DNA of 64,000 nt from an uncultured bacterium (GTDB lineage Bacteria > Verrucomicrobiota > Lentisphaeria > Victivallales > UBA1829), in assembly GCA_900549415.1 (NCBI GenBank), contig URNX01000009.1, forward strand, positions 25,271-89,270, in the 5' to 3' direction. The notes below the pieces were generated by a model that ran no database searches, was not told the DNA's origin, and saw nothing but the letters and a program-made list of their open reading frames with translations. Shown piece after piece: positions 46,761-55,100 of the stretch. Position 1 is the first letter of the stretch. Each line of letters begins with the position of its first letter. Position numbers and translations under genes: made by a program.

Positions 46761-47852
46761 ATGAATTTTGAAGAATTAAAACTGAAAACGACAGAAATTT
46801 CAGAAAGAATTGCTTATTTGGCAAAATTTCTGAAGATCGCCGACCACCGGAAGCAGGTCAAGGACCTCGAAGAAGTCATGGCACGTCCGGATTTCTGGGA
46901 TGACAAAGAGAAAGCCCAGGAGACCGTCCAGAAACTCAGCTCCGAAAAAAACATCGTCGAACCTTTCGCCGCACTGGAAAAGCACGGTGAGGATTTCGCC
47001 GCAATCGCGGAATTCGCCGCGGAAGACGAGTCGTTCCTCGCCGAAGCCGACACTGCGCTCGTAGAACTCGAAAAAGAGATCGACAAGATGGAGCTGCTCA
47101 GCTTCCTCTCCGGAAAATTCGACCGCATGAACTGCTTCTTCTTCATCCACGCCGGCGCAGGCGGAACCGAATCCTGCGACTGGGCCTCCATTCTCCTGCG
47201 CATGTACCGCCGCTGGTTCGAGCGCAAGGGCTACAAAGATGAAATCATCGACATGCAGCCCGGCGATGAAGCCGGAATCAAGAGCGCCACCCTCCGCGTC
47301 GAAGGCGACTTCGCATACGGATACCTCAAGTGCGAGCGCGGCGTCCACCGCCTGGTCCGCATCTCCCCGTTCGACAGCAACGCCCGCCGTCACACCTCCT
47401 TCGCCTCCGCCGACGCCTTCCCGGAGCTCAAGGAAGACCTCGATATCCAGATTGACGAAAAAGATCTGCGCATCGACACCTACCGCGCGAGCGGCGCAGG
47501 CGGCCAGTACGTCAACCGTACCGACTCCGCCGTCCGCATCACCCACATCCCCACCGGAATCGTCGTCTCCTGCCAGATGGAACGCTCCCAGCACAAGAAC
47601 CGCGCGATGGCGTACAAAATGCTGCAGGCGCGTCTGTATGAAGCCCAGGAGGAACAGCGCAAGCGCGAAGCCGAACAGATTGCAGGCGAAAAATCCGAAA
47701 TCGGATGGGGCAGCCAGATCCGCTCCTACGTTCTCCAGCCCTACCAGATGGTCAAAGACCTCCGCACCGGCTGCGAAACCGGAAACACCGCTGCTGTGCT
47801 CGACGGCGACATCGACCAGTTCGTCGAAGCCTACCTGCGCTTCTGCAAATAA
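46761..47852 (+). CDS. prfB: peptide chain release factor 2
   Basis: It has the SPF tripeptide (RISPFDSNARRHTSFA) and the GGQ motif (SGAGGQYVNRTDSAVRITHIPTGIVVSCQ). It is full length in one frame, with no +1 frameshift site. Confidence 0.9.
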   Translation: MNFEELKLKTTEISERIAYLAKFLKIADHRKQVKDLEEVMARPDFWDDKEKAQETVQKLSSEKNIVEPFAALEKHGEDFAAIAEFAAEDESFLAEADTALVELEKEIDKMELLSFLSGKFDRMNCFFFIHAGAGGTESCDWASILLRMYRRWFERKGYKDEIIDMQPGDEAGIKSATLRVEGDFAYGYLKCERGVHRLVRISPFDSNARRHTSFASADAFPELKEDLDIQIDEKDLRIDTYRASGAGGQYVNRTDSAVRITHIPTGIVVSCQMERSQHKNRAMAYKMLQARLYEAQEEQRKREAEQIAGEKSEIGWGSQIRSYVLQPYQMVKDLRTGCETGNTAAVLDGDIDQFVEAYLRFCK

Positions 47853-47870
47853 CGGGGAAGGACGGGAATC

Positions 47871-48449
47871 ATGCGGAAAACACTCACCGTTGCGCTCGAC
47901 ATCGGGAACGTCTGCGTCCGGCTGGAATACGAAAACGTATTCCGCGCCGCCGGGCTCGAACCGGGCTCCGCGCTGCCGGAGGACGCCGACCGCGCGTTCT
48001 GCGAACTCGAATGCGGACGCATCGAAACGGAAGAGTGGCTCGACGTTCTCTGGAACTCGCTCGGAAGACGCTTCTCAAAAGAGCATCTTCTCAACGGCTG
48101 GAACAGCATTCTCGCCGAGCCCTTCCCCGGCGTGGAAAAATACATCCGCAAATACACGGAGAGCGGCGTGAAATTCGTCTACCTCTCCGACATCTCCCGT
48201 CTGCACCTCAGCAAAGTCTGCCGCATGCTGCCGTTCGCGCACCTGATTTACGACGGCATCTACAGCTTTGAGGCGGGCGTCCGCAAACCCGGCGCCGCAA
48301 TGTACGAACTTTTTGAAAAGCGTCACGGCGTTCCGGATTTCTATTTTGACGACAAGCTCTGCAACATCGAGGGCGCCCGGAAACGCGGCTGGAATGCAAT
48401 CCAGTTCACACACGCGGAACAGCTCGACCTCATCGGAGACGCATTATGA
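47871..48449 (+). CDS. HAD-superfamily hydrolase
   Basis: The N-terminal VALDIGNV motif and K...GWN/D downstream motifs fit HAD. The gene is 192 aa. The assignment is weak. Confidence 0.55.
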   Translation: MRKTLTVALDIGNVCVRLEYENVFRAAGLEPGSALPEDADRAFCELECGRIETEEWLDVLWNSLGRRFSKEHLLNGWNSILAEPFPGVEKYIRKYTESGVKFVYLSDISRLHLSKVCRMLPFAHLIYDGIYSFEAGVRKPGAAMYELFEKRHGVPDFYFDDKLCNIEGARKRGWNAIQFTHAEQLDLIGDAL

Positions 48450-49621
48450 CTTTGCGCGAACTCGGCGAACATATCGAACAGTACTTCATCGAAGTCATCC
48501 GCGAACGGCGGAAGGGGCCGTTCGATTCATTTGTCAAAGGCTTCCTGTTCGTCGCATCGCGCTTCTACCTGCGCGCGATCAACACGCGGATCTGGCTTTA
48601 CGACAACCGAGTCATCCGCAACCGCGCAATCGGATGCCTCGTGGTCAGCATCGGCAACCTCACCTGCGGCGGCACGGGCAAAACCCCGATTGTGGAAATC
48701 TTCGCCCGCACACTCTCCCAGAAGGGACGCCGCGTCGCCATCCTCAGCCGCGGATACCGCAGCCGCGACAAGCGCGGGTTCTTCGAGAAGCTCGGCAAAC
48801 GCCTCTTCTCCAAGAAAATGCAGGTTCTGCCCCGCGTCGTCTCCGACGGCAAAAACCTGAAGCTCGACTCCATCACTGCAGGCGACGAGCCCTACATGCT
48901 CGCCTCCAACCTCAAAGACGTCGCCGTCCTCGTCGACAAAGACCGCGTCAAATCCGGCCTTCACGCCATCGACGAATTCAGAACCGACGTCCTGATTCTC
49001 GACGACGGCTTTCAGTATCTGCGCTTGAAACCGCACATCAACATTGTGCTTGTAGACTCAACTTCGCCGTTTGACAACCACCATGTCCTCCCCCGCGGTC
49101 TCATGCGCGAACCAATTGAACACATTCAGCGAGCCGACTATATCTTTCTGACCAAATCCGACGGATCGCCGCGTCTGCGTCACCTGAAGGAGTTCATCCA
49201 CAAGCACAATCACCGTGCGGAAATCATCGAATGCTGTCACCGTCCGAAGTACCTGGAAGCGGTGTTCGATCGCGGCCGCCGCTATCCGCTCACCTCTCTG
49301 AAAGGGAAAAAACTCGCTTCCATCTCCGCGATTGCAAAACCGGCGAGCTTTGAATTTTTCCTTGAGGAACTCGGCGGCGAACTGGTTTTGAAGCGTCATT
49401 TTGCCGACCACCACCGCTACCGCCAACAGGAGATGATCGACTTTATCAACGATGCGAAAGCCGCCGGAGCCGAACTGATCGTCACCACGGAAAAGGACGC
49501 CGTCCGCATGCCGCGCCTTGACCGCCGCGACATTGACATTCAATTTCTGCGGGTGGAGATTGACATTCTGAGCGGACAGGAAAGTTTCGACCAGTGCATT
49601 TCCCGTATCTGTTTTATCTGA
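48446..49621 (+). CDS. lpxK: tetraacyldisaccharide 4'-kinase
   Basis: VVSIGNLTCGGTGKTPIVE is the LpxK P-loop signature. The start overlaps the upstream gene stop by 4 bp. Confidence 0.85.
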   Translation: MTLRELGEHIEQYFIEVIRERRKGPFDSFVKGFLFVASRFYLRAINTRIWLYDNRVIRNRAIGCLVVSIGNLTCGGTGKTPIVEIFARTLSQKGRRVAILSRGYRSRDKRGFFEKLGKRLFSKKMQVLPRVVSDGKNLKLDSITAGDEPYMLASNLKDVAVLVDKDRVKSGLHAIDEFRTDVLILDDGFQYLRLKPHINIVLVDSTSPFDNHHVLPRGLMREPIEHIQRADYIFLTKSDGSPRLRHLKEFIHKHNHRAEIIECCHRPKYLEAVFDRGRRYPLTSLKGKKLASISAIAKPASFEFFLEELGGELVLKRHFADHHRYRQQEMIDFINDAKAAGAELIVTTEKDAVRMPRLDRRDIDIQFLRVEIDILSGQESFDQCISRICFI

Positions 49622-49735
49622 AAAAGTGACGGAATGACGACCCGTCACTCCGTCACTCAAGATTCTTGTAATATTTTTACTTTTTGAGCTTGTAATTTTT
49701 TAATCAGGGTATATATTAAATGCATTATCTTCAAT

Positions 49736-49813
49736 CGGGATATAGCGCAGCCTGGTTAGCGCGTTTGTCTGGGGGACAAAAGGTCGCGAGTTCAAATCTC
49801 GCTATCCCGACCA
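49736..49813 (+). tRNA. tRNA-Pro (anticodon GGG), CCA encoded
   Basis: I folded it by hand. The acceptor stem pairs CGGGATA with TATCCCG. The D-stem pairs GCGC with GCGC. The anticodon stem pairs TTTGT with ACAAA, and the loop reads ctGGGgg. The T-arm reads GCGAG-ttcaaat-CTCGC. The discriminator is A, followed by CCA. Confidence 0.85.
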
Positions 49814-50247
49814 TTTTTGTTTTAAATCCGAATTCAAATTACTCTTCCGAAACCTCTTGAAATCCCTTTCTGTATCAACTCCTCGATAGTCTTTGCATAA
49901 CAACCACTTAATTTCAAGAACATGCATTGCCGATATGCTGTCCTCTACATTTATCCTGGAGCATCAAAAGTTCTGACATGATAACCAATTAGCAGCATTG
50001 CAAACAGAAGTAATTGGCTGCCGCCCGATGCTCATGCACGGCCGAAGGATTACATATTCTATCTGCAGTCCGCAGAAAGAATCTTGAAAAAGCGCTTGTT
50101 CCTCTCTTTTATAAAAAAACATACTTATTTTTATCCGTCACTTTCATCGGTCAATCCGTCGTTTTTTTGTTTTCAAGTTCAAATTAAACTTGAAAAATCC
50201 GGTTTTCCGGTTTATATTCTAACAAACAACCACGGGGGAGGTATACC

Positions 50248-51321
50248 ATGATCCATTCAAAAATCAAAATCGCTTTTTTCGACACGAAGCCCTATGACCG
50301 CCGTTTCTTTGACGAGGCAAATCAAAACGCCCGGTTCGGATTCGATATCCGGTACTATGAAACACGGCTCGCTCCCGCATCGGCAAAAATCGCCGAAGGT
50401 GCTCAAGTAGTCTGTGCATTCGTCAACGACGATCTCTCAGCAGAAACCATACGCACACTTCATGATGTCGGTGTGGAACTCGTTGCGATGCGGTGCGCGG
50501 GCTACAACAACGTCAATCTCACCGAGGCGCACGGCAAGCTCCGCGTGGTGCGCGTGCCCGAATACTCGCCGCATGCCGTCGCGGAATACACGCTTGCGCT
50601 TCTGCTGACACTGAACCGCAATCTGCACCGCGCCTATTGCCGCGTCCGAGAAAACAATTTCTCCATCAACGGATTCATCGGATTCGACGTCTACGGAAAA
50701 ACCGTCGGAATCATCGGAACTGGTAAAATCGGGCGCACCTTCGCGGAACTGCTTCAGGGATTCGGCGTTAAAATCCTCGCGTACGACCTCTATCCGAACG
50801 AAGCGGAGGCAAAACGACTTAATATTGAATACGTTCCGCTGGAAGAACTCTTCCGTCGCAGCGACATCATTTCCCTCCACTGCCCGCTGACGCCCGAAAA
50901 CCGACACCTCATCAACCGCGAAACCATCGCCATGATGAAGCCTGGCGTCTTCCTCCTGAACACAAGCCGCGGCGGACTCATTGATGCGGCGGCGCTCATC
51001 AAAGGACTGAAAAAGAAGCTCATTGGAGCCGCCGGCCTCGATGTCTATGAGGAGGAGACCGAATACTTCTTCGAAGACCGCTCCGACTCCGCGATCGACG
51101 ACGATATTCTCGCCCGTCTCATGACTTTCCCGAACGTCCTCATCACCTCGCATCAGGCGTTTTTCACAAAGGAAGCAGAGAGCAATATCGCACGAACCAC
51201 ACTCGACAATATTCTCGACTATTTCTACAAACGTCCGCTGGCAAACGAAATCTGCCGCGACTGCGACGGACACCTCTCCTGTCCCGCCAAACAGGAAGCA
51301 CACAGCAAAGCAAAAGTCTAA
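50248..51321 (+). CDS. ldhA: D-lactate dehydrogenase (D-isomer-specific 2-hydroxyacid dehydrogenase)
   Basis: It is collinear with E. coli LdhA. Matching segments are KIAFFDTKPYD, VCAFVNDD, LRCAGYNNV, HAVAEYTLALLLTLNRNLHRAY, YGKTVGIIGTGKIG, ISLHCPLTPEN, LLNTSRGGLID, GLDVYEEE and SHQAFFT. Confidence 0.9.
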   Translation: MIHSKIKIAFFDTKPYDRRFFDEANQNARFGFDIRYYETRLAPASAKIAEGAQVVCAFVNDDLSAETIRTLHDVGVELVAMRCAGYNNVNLTEAHGKLRVVRVPEYSPHAVAEYTLALLLTLNRNLHRAYCRVRENNFSINGFIGFDVYGKTVGIIGTGKIGRTFAELLQGFGVKILAYDLYPNEAEAKRLNIEYVPLEELFRRSDIISLHCPLTPENRHLINRETIAMMKPGVFLLNTSRGGLIDAAALIKGLKKKLIGAAGLDVYEEETEYFFEDRSDSAIDDDILARLMTFPNVLITSHQAFFTKEAESNIARTTLDNILDYFYKRPLANEICRDCDGHLSCPAKQEAHSKAKV

Positions 51322-51339
51322 AATAAAGAATCAGTATTA

Positions 51340-51428
51340 AAAACTTGAAAAAGATTGCCGAAAAGCAATTTTTTTCAAGTTTTCTTTTAAAAATGCGAAA
51401 AAGAGGTATTGCTTTTTTCGCATTTTTT
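51340..51428 (+). terminator. tandem rho-independent terminators after ldhA
   Basis: T1 is AAAACTTGAAAAAGATTGC-cgaaaa-GCAATtTTTTTCAAGTTTT (51340-51383), followed by cttttaaaaa. T2 is TGCGAAAAA-gaggtattgc-TTTTTCGCA (51394-51422), followed by ttttttgc. Confidence 0.6.
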
Positions 51429-51605
51429 GCTATAATTAAAGTACGGCGGTGCTGATAAATATTCGGCAGGCCGGTGTCTTCTTGATGGGATTAAGTTGAT
51501 AGGTTTTCGTCAGATTCAGGAGAGTCTGCGGGGATGTGCTTTTCCTCGCGGATTTCGGCAAAACGGGAGGGTGCCGTTTTGCCGAATATTAAAATTTTCC
51601 GTTCC

Positions 51606-52136
51606 TTATTTCCAGTATTTTTCAACTGCGCTTACAGCAGTCACTTCACCGAAAACAATCTTGTGGAAATCCTTCGCCGGATACCAGTCCGCAATGGCTT
51701 TCGTATCAATGAAACACTCCGGTTTCATCCAGTCGGCATAAGTCTTGCGGCATTCGATCACCAGTTCCGCTTCAGCGATTGCGGGAGCGGCGACACTCTG
51801 CGCGGCCTCAGCGGTCAGCCCCGTCTCCTTGAACTTGTCGAACTGAGCGCCCGATTTCGAGCCGAAAAATTTCAGTGCATCCTTATGCTCCGGACCGAAC
51901 GCGCTCAGCGTAAAGCTGTCGCCGTTGTCCAGGAACGGAAGCGTGTGACGCTGCGGACGAACCACGACCATTGCAAACGGTTTCCCCCAGAGCGTGCCGA
52001 ACGAGCCCCAGCTGATCGTCATGCCGTTGTATTCACCCTTCGCGAAATCGCCTGCGGAAAGGATGAACCAGCCGGTGTTGAAAATTTCAAACGGCTGAGT
52101 TTTGAGCTGTGAAAAGGTGATTGGTGTGCGTTTCAT
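51606..52136 (-). CDS. flavin reductase-like (FMN-binding split-barrel) family protein
   Basis: The 176-aa protein has the size and hydrophobic pattern of flavin-reductase-domain proteins. The assignment rests on pattern alone. Confidence 0.55.
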   Translation of the reverse strand: MKRTPITFSQLKTQPFEIFNTGWFILSAGDFAKGEYNGMTISWGSFGTLWGKPFAMVVVRPQRHTLPFLDNGDSFTLSAFGPEHKDALKFFGSKSGAQFDKFKETGLTAEAAQSVAAPAIAEAELVIECRKTYADWMKPECFIDTKAIADWYPAKDFHKIVFGEVTAVSAVEKYWK

Positions 52137-52137
52137 C

Positions 52138-55100
52138 TTATTTCTCCTTGATTTTGATGATCATGTCGTTGGAATTGGCGCGCAGCGCCGGGGCATAAAC
52201 GCCGCGTCCCGTCGCGGGAAGGGCGGTGTAGGAGCCGTCAAACCGCGCGCGGATGCGGTAACGAACCGCGGAAACGCCGCGCGTCAGATTGCGCAGATAA
52301 AAATGCGGTCCCTCCGTCCGGAACTCCGCATAGATTGACGGGAAGTATGAAATATAGCCGCTCTTCGGATTCACATACTCAAAACCGGCGGGCAGGCAAT
52401 CCGCAAATTCAGTGTAGTCATAATCGTTTTTCGCGGACGGAATCAGTTCCACTTCCACAATGTCGCCAGGTTTGACGGATGAGAGATCGTTCAGCAGAAT
52501 CCTTTTTTCCGCCTCGCGGCGCACGGAGACAGACTGTCCAAAGCGGCCGGGAACAGTTCCGGCGTTCTGAGCCGGTTCAATCAGCCAGTAACGCCGCTGA
52601 AGGGTCAGCTCAAGCCCGGCGGCGGAAATGCGCGGTTCACGCGTGAAATACGAAAGCATTCCGTAATACATGACTGCTCCTTTTCCGGTACAGGATATCT
52701 CCACTTCGTGCGCGCCGGGAAGCAGCTGTTCCGCCGGAACAACCGCGCGGAAGTCGGTCTTCCAAAGATTCTCTTCCGTTATGCGGAACGAAGAAACCGT
52801 CACTCCGTCAATTTTGACGGACACTTCATTATCTGGCGTCCCCTCCCCCGAAATTTGAATGTAGCGGGCGAGCACCCCGACAGCTTCACCGAGAGCCCGC
52901 AGCGATGTACGCGACGGAGCGTTGCGCAGGTTGATCGTCAGATAACGCGCCACAGCTTCCGTCAGACGGCTCTCCGGTTCCGTGCGCAGCAGGAGTTCAA
53001 GATATGCCGTCTGAGTTGCCGTATCGTTTCCGCACCAGCTGAAACGCCAGGCAGACGGAATATTCAGATACGCGGTTCCCGTCTGTTCCTCCTGTTTCAG
53101 CAAACCGGACAGCTCCTTCAAAACCGTTTTCTGTTCCGGCGAACCATCCTTGAGCGCGAGCCCCAGAGTAGCCAGACCAAGCGGAGAAAGCTGTTCCCGC
53201 TCCTTAAAGACCAGTTTTTCAAGAGCCTCAGAACGCTTTCCCGCGCGTGCCAAAGTGCGCAGCACCAGAGCATCGGAATTTCCGCAGACAAACTTGCGGG
53301 AGGCGGCACGGCTTCTCGCTTCAGCTTCGAGCCATGCAATGCCGCGCGAAAGAACACGGGCATCAACCTCCCCGCGTCCCATCTCTTTCGCATCGAGCAG
53401 GGCGTTGACAACCGCGGCCGTAGTATCCGGCCAGGAGCGTTCGCCGTAACCGCTGAACCAGCCCCAGCCGCCGTCGGAGTTCACCATTCCCTGAATCATT
53501 TTGAGGGAAGATGCAATCACACGCTCCATATTTTTTTCCAGACTGACGTTTTTTGCAGAAGAACGGTAACTCTTGTAAAGTTCCTTCCGTACATCCGCAC
53601 GGCGGAGCGCTGTTTCAAGTGGAATATTTATTCCCCGCAATGCATATGCCGCCTTCAAAGCAGGCAGGAAACGGGTGACAACACCGAAAACATCTTCCGA
53701 TTTATCCGTCAAAAGTGACGGAAGCAGATCAATCACTGCCGTTGCCGCTCCGGGAGCAAAATCAATTGCAAGCTCAGCTCCTCCGCGAATCTCCGAAGGA
53801 ACAGTGCAGTGGATCGTCGCGATCTGATTCTGAATCCGTCCGGCAAATGGCACATGCTTCTGAATGCCGCGAACCTTCACCGGAAGCGAAAGAGAAACAC
53901 CATCCGCCAGTTTGCCGTCAATGCGGACTGCCAGGGTCGGTTTCACCATTCCTTCCTGCTCCGCACGGATATGGAACGGCAGAGTCACCGATACATCCGG
54001 TTCGATTATGACGGTTCGGCTCTTGGAAATGACGGATACCTCTTTTTCAGGAACTGTGAGTTCAACTTTTACGCGGACCGGCCGTTTCGAGTAGTTGTGA
54101 ACCACCGCAAGAGCATCCGCTGTATCACCTTCCGTCAAAAATGACGGCATTTCAAGACGCGCGATAATCTCTTTGGAAACCACAAATTCCGCCCTCGCCT
54201 CGCCGACACTGGTACGGCTGCCGATGCTCCATGCGCGAACCACCCACGTCGTCAGATTGTCCGGAACCGGAACCATCACGCGAACACGCCCGTCACTGTC
54301 GAACTCGTGCTGCCCGATCCAGAAAATGCTGTCAGCAAAATCGGAACGGATAAACGCCTCATCCGCTTCCGCCCCCGCACCCATGCCTTCCGGAGCCATT
54401 GCCGCCGAAGCCGCTTTTGATTTATACAGAACTCTGTTCGACCTCAACATTCCGGGACTCATATCAGAATAGGCAACGGGACTTCCAAAGCCGTAAAATC
54501 TCTGCATTGCATCTTTGGAGTAAGGCCATGAATCTGCAAGAATTCCACTCTGCAGGTTCAAATAGAAAAACCGTTTCCAGCTCCAGAAGAACTGCTGAAT
54601 CGAGGGAATGTTGTTCCCCGCAACCGCCTCCAGGGACTTGTCATAAACCGTCAGAGCGAACACCCCGGAAACAGGCTTTCCGTTCAGATCCGTTATCGTC
54701 AGATCCACCGGAACCGTGGAGCGCGGACGCGACGGCTGTTTCGGAACATCCAGTCTCACATTCAGCATGCGCTTTTCCGGCGGAATGCAGATCTGTTTCG
54801 TCACATGATGCACCGTGCCGTTGCGAATAGTTGCTGCAGCAGCGAAAATGTTCGGCTGATCCGCTTCCGTAACTTTGTGCGTCACAAGCGCGGAATAATC
54901 TTTCAGTTTCAAATGACGCATTGTTCCGCCAAGACAGAGATAAACATCGGCATCCGGACGGTTGGCGGAAATCAGAATCTTCACAGTTTCGCCGGGCTGA
55001 TACATCGGCTTGTCGAGTGATATTTCTATCGGCAGCTCGGAGAACATGCCGTCAGCGCCGTTATCTTCCGTAATACGGATAATGCACGCGGCGGAGTCTT

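Noticed and set aside
46800-47594. A 264-aa antisense ORF and a 310-aa alternative-frame ORF (47239..48171) across prfB and the HAD gene.
   Set aside because: prfB has unambiguous SPF/GGQ motifs in its own frame. The alternative frames are low-complexity (Ala/Ser/Pro/Arg-rich).
49814-50247. An integrase or prophage attached to tRNA-Pro.
   Set aside because: The 430-bp stretch contains no integrase ORF. There is only a weak partial match to the tRNA 3' end, too little to call an att site.
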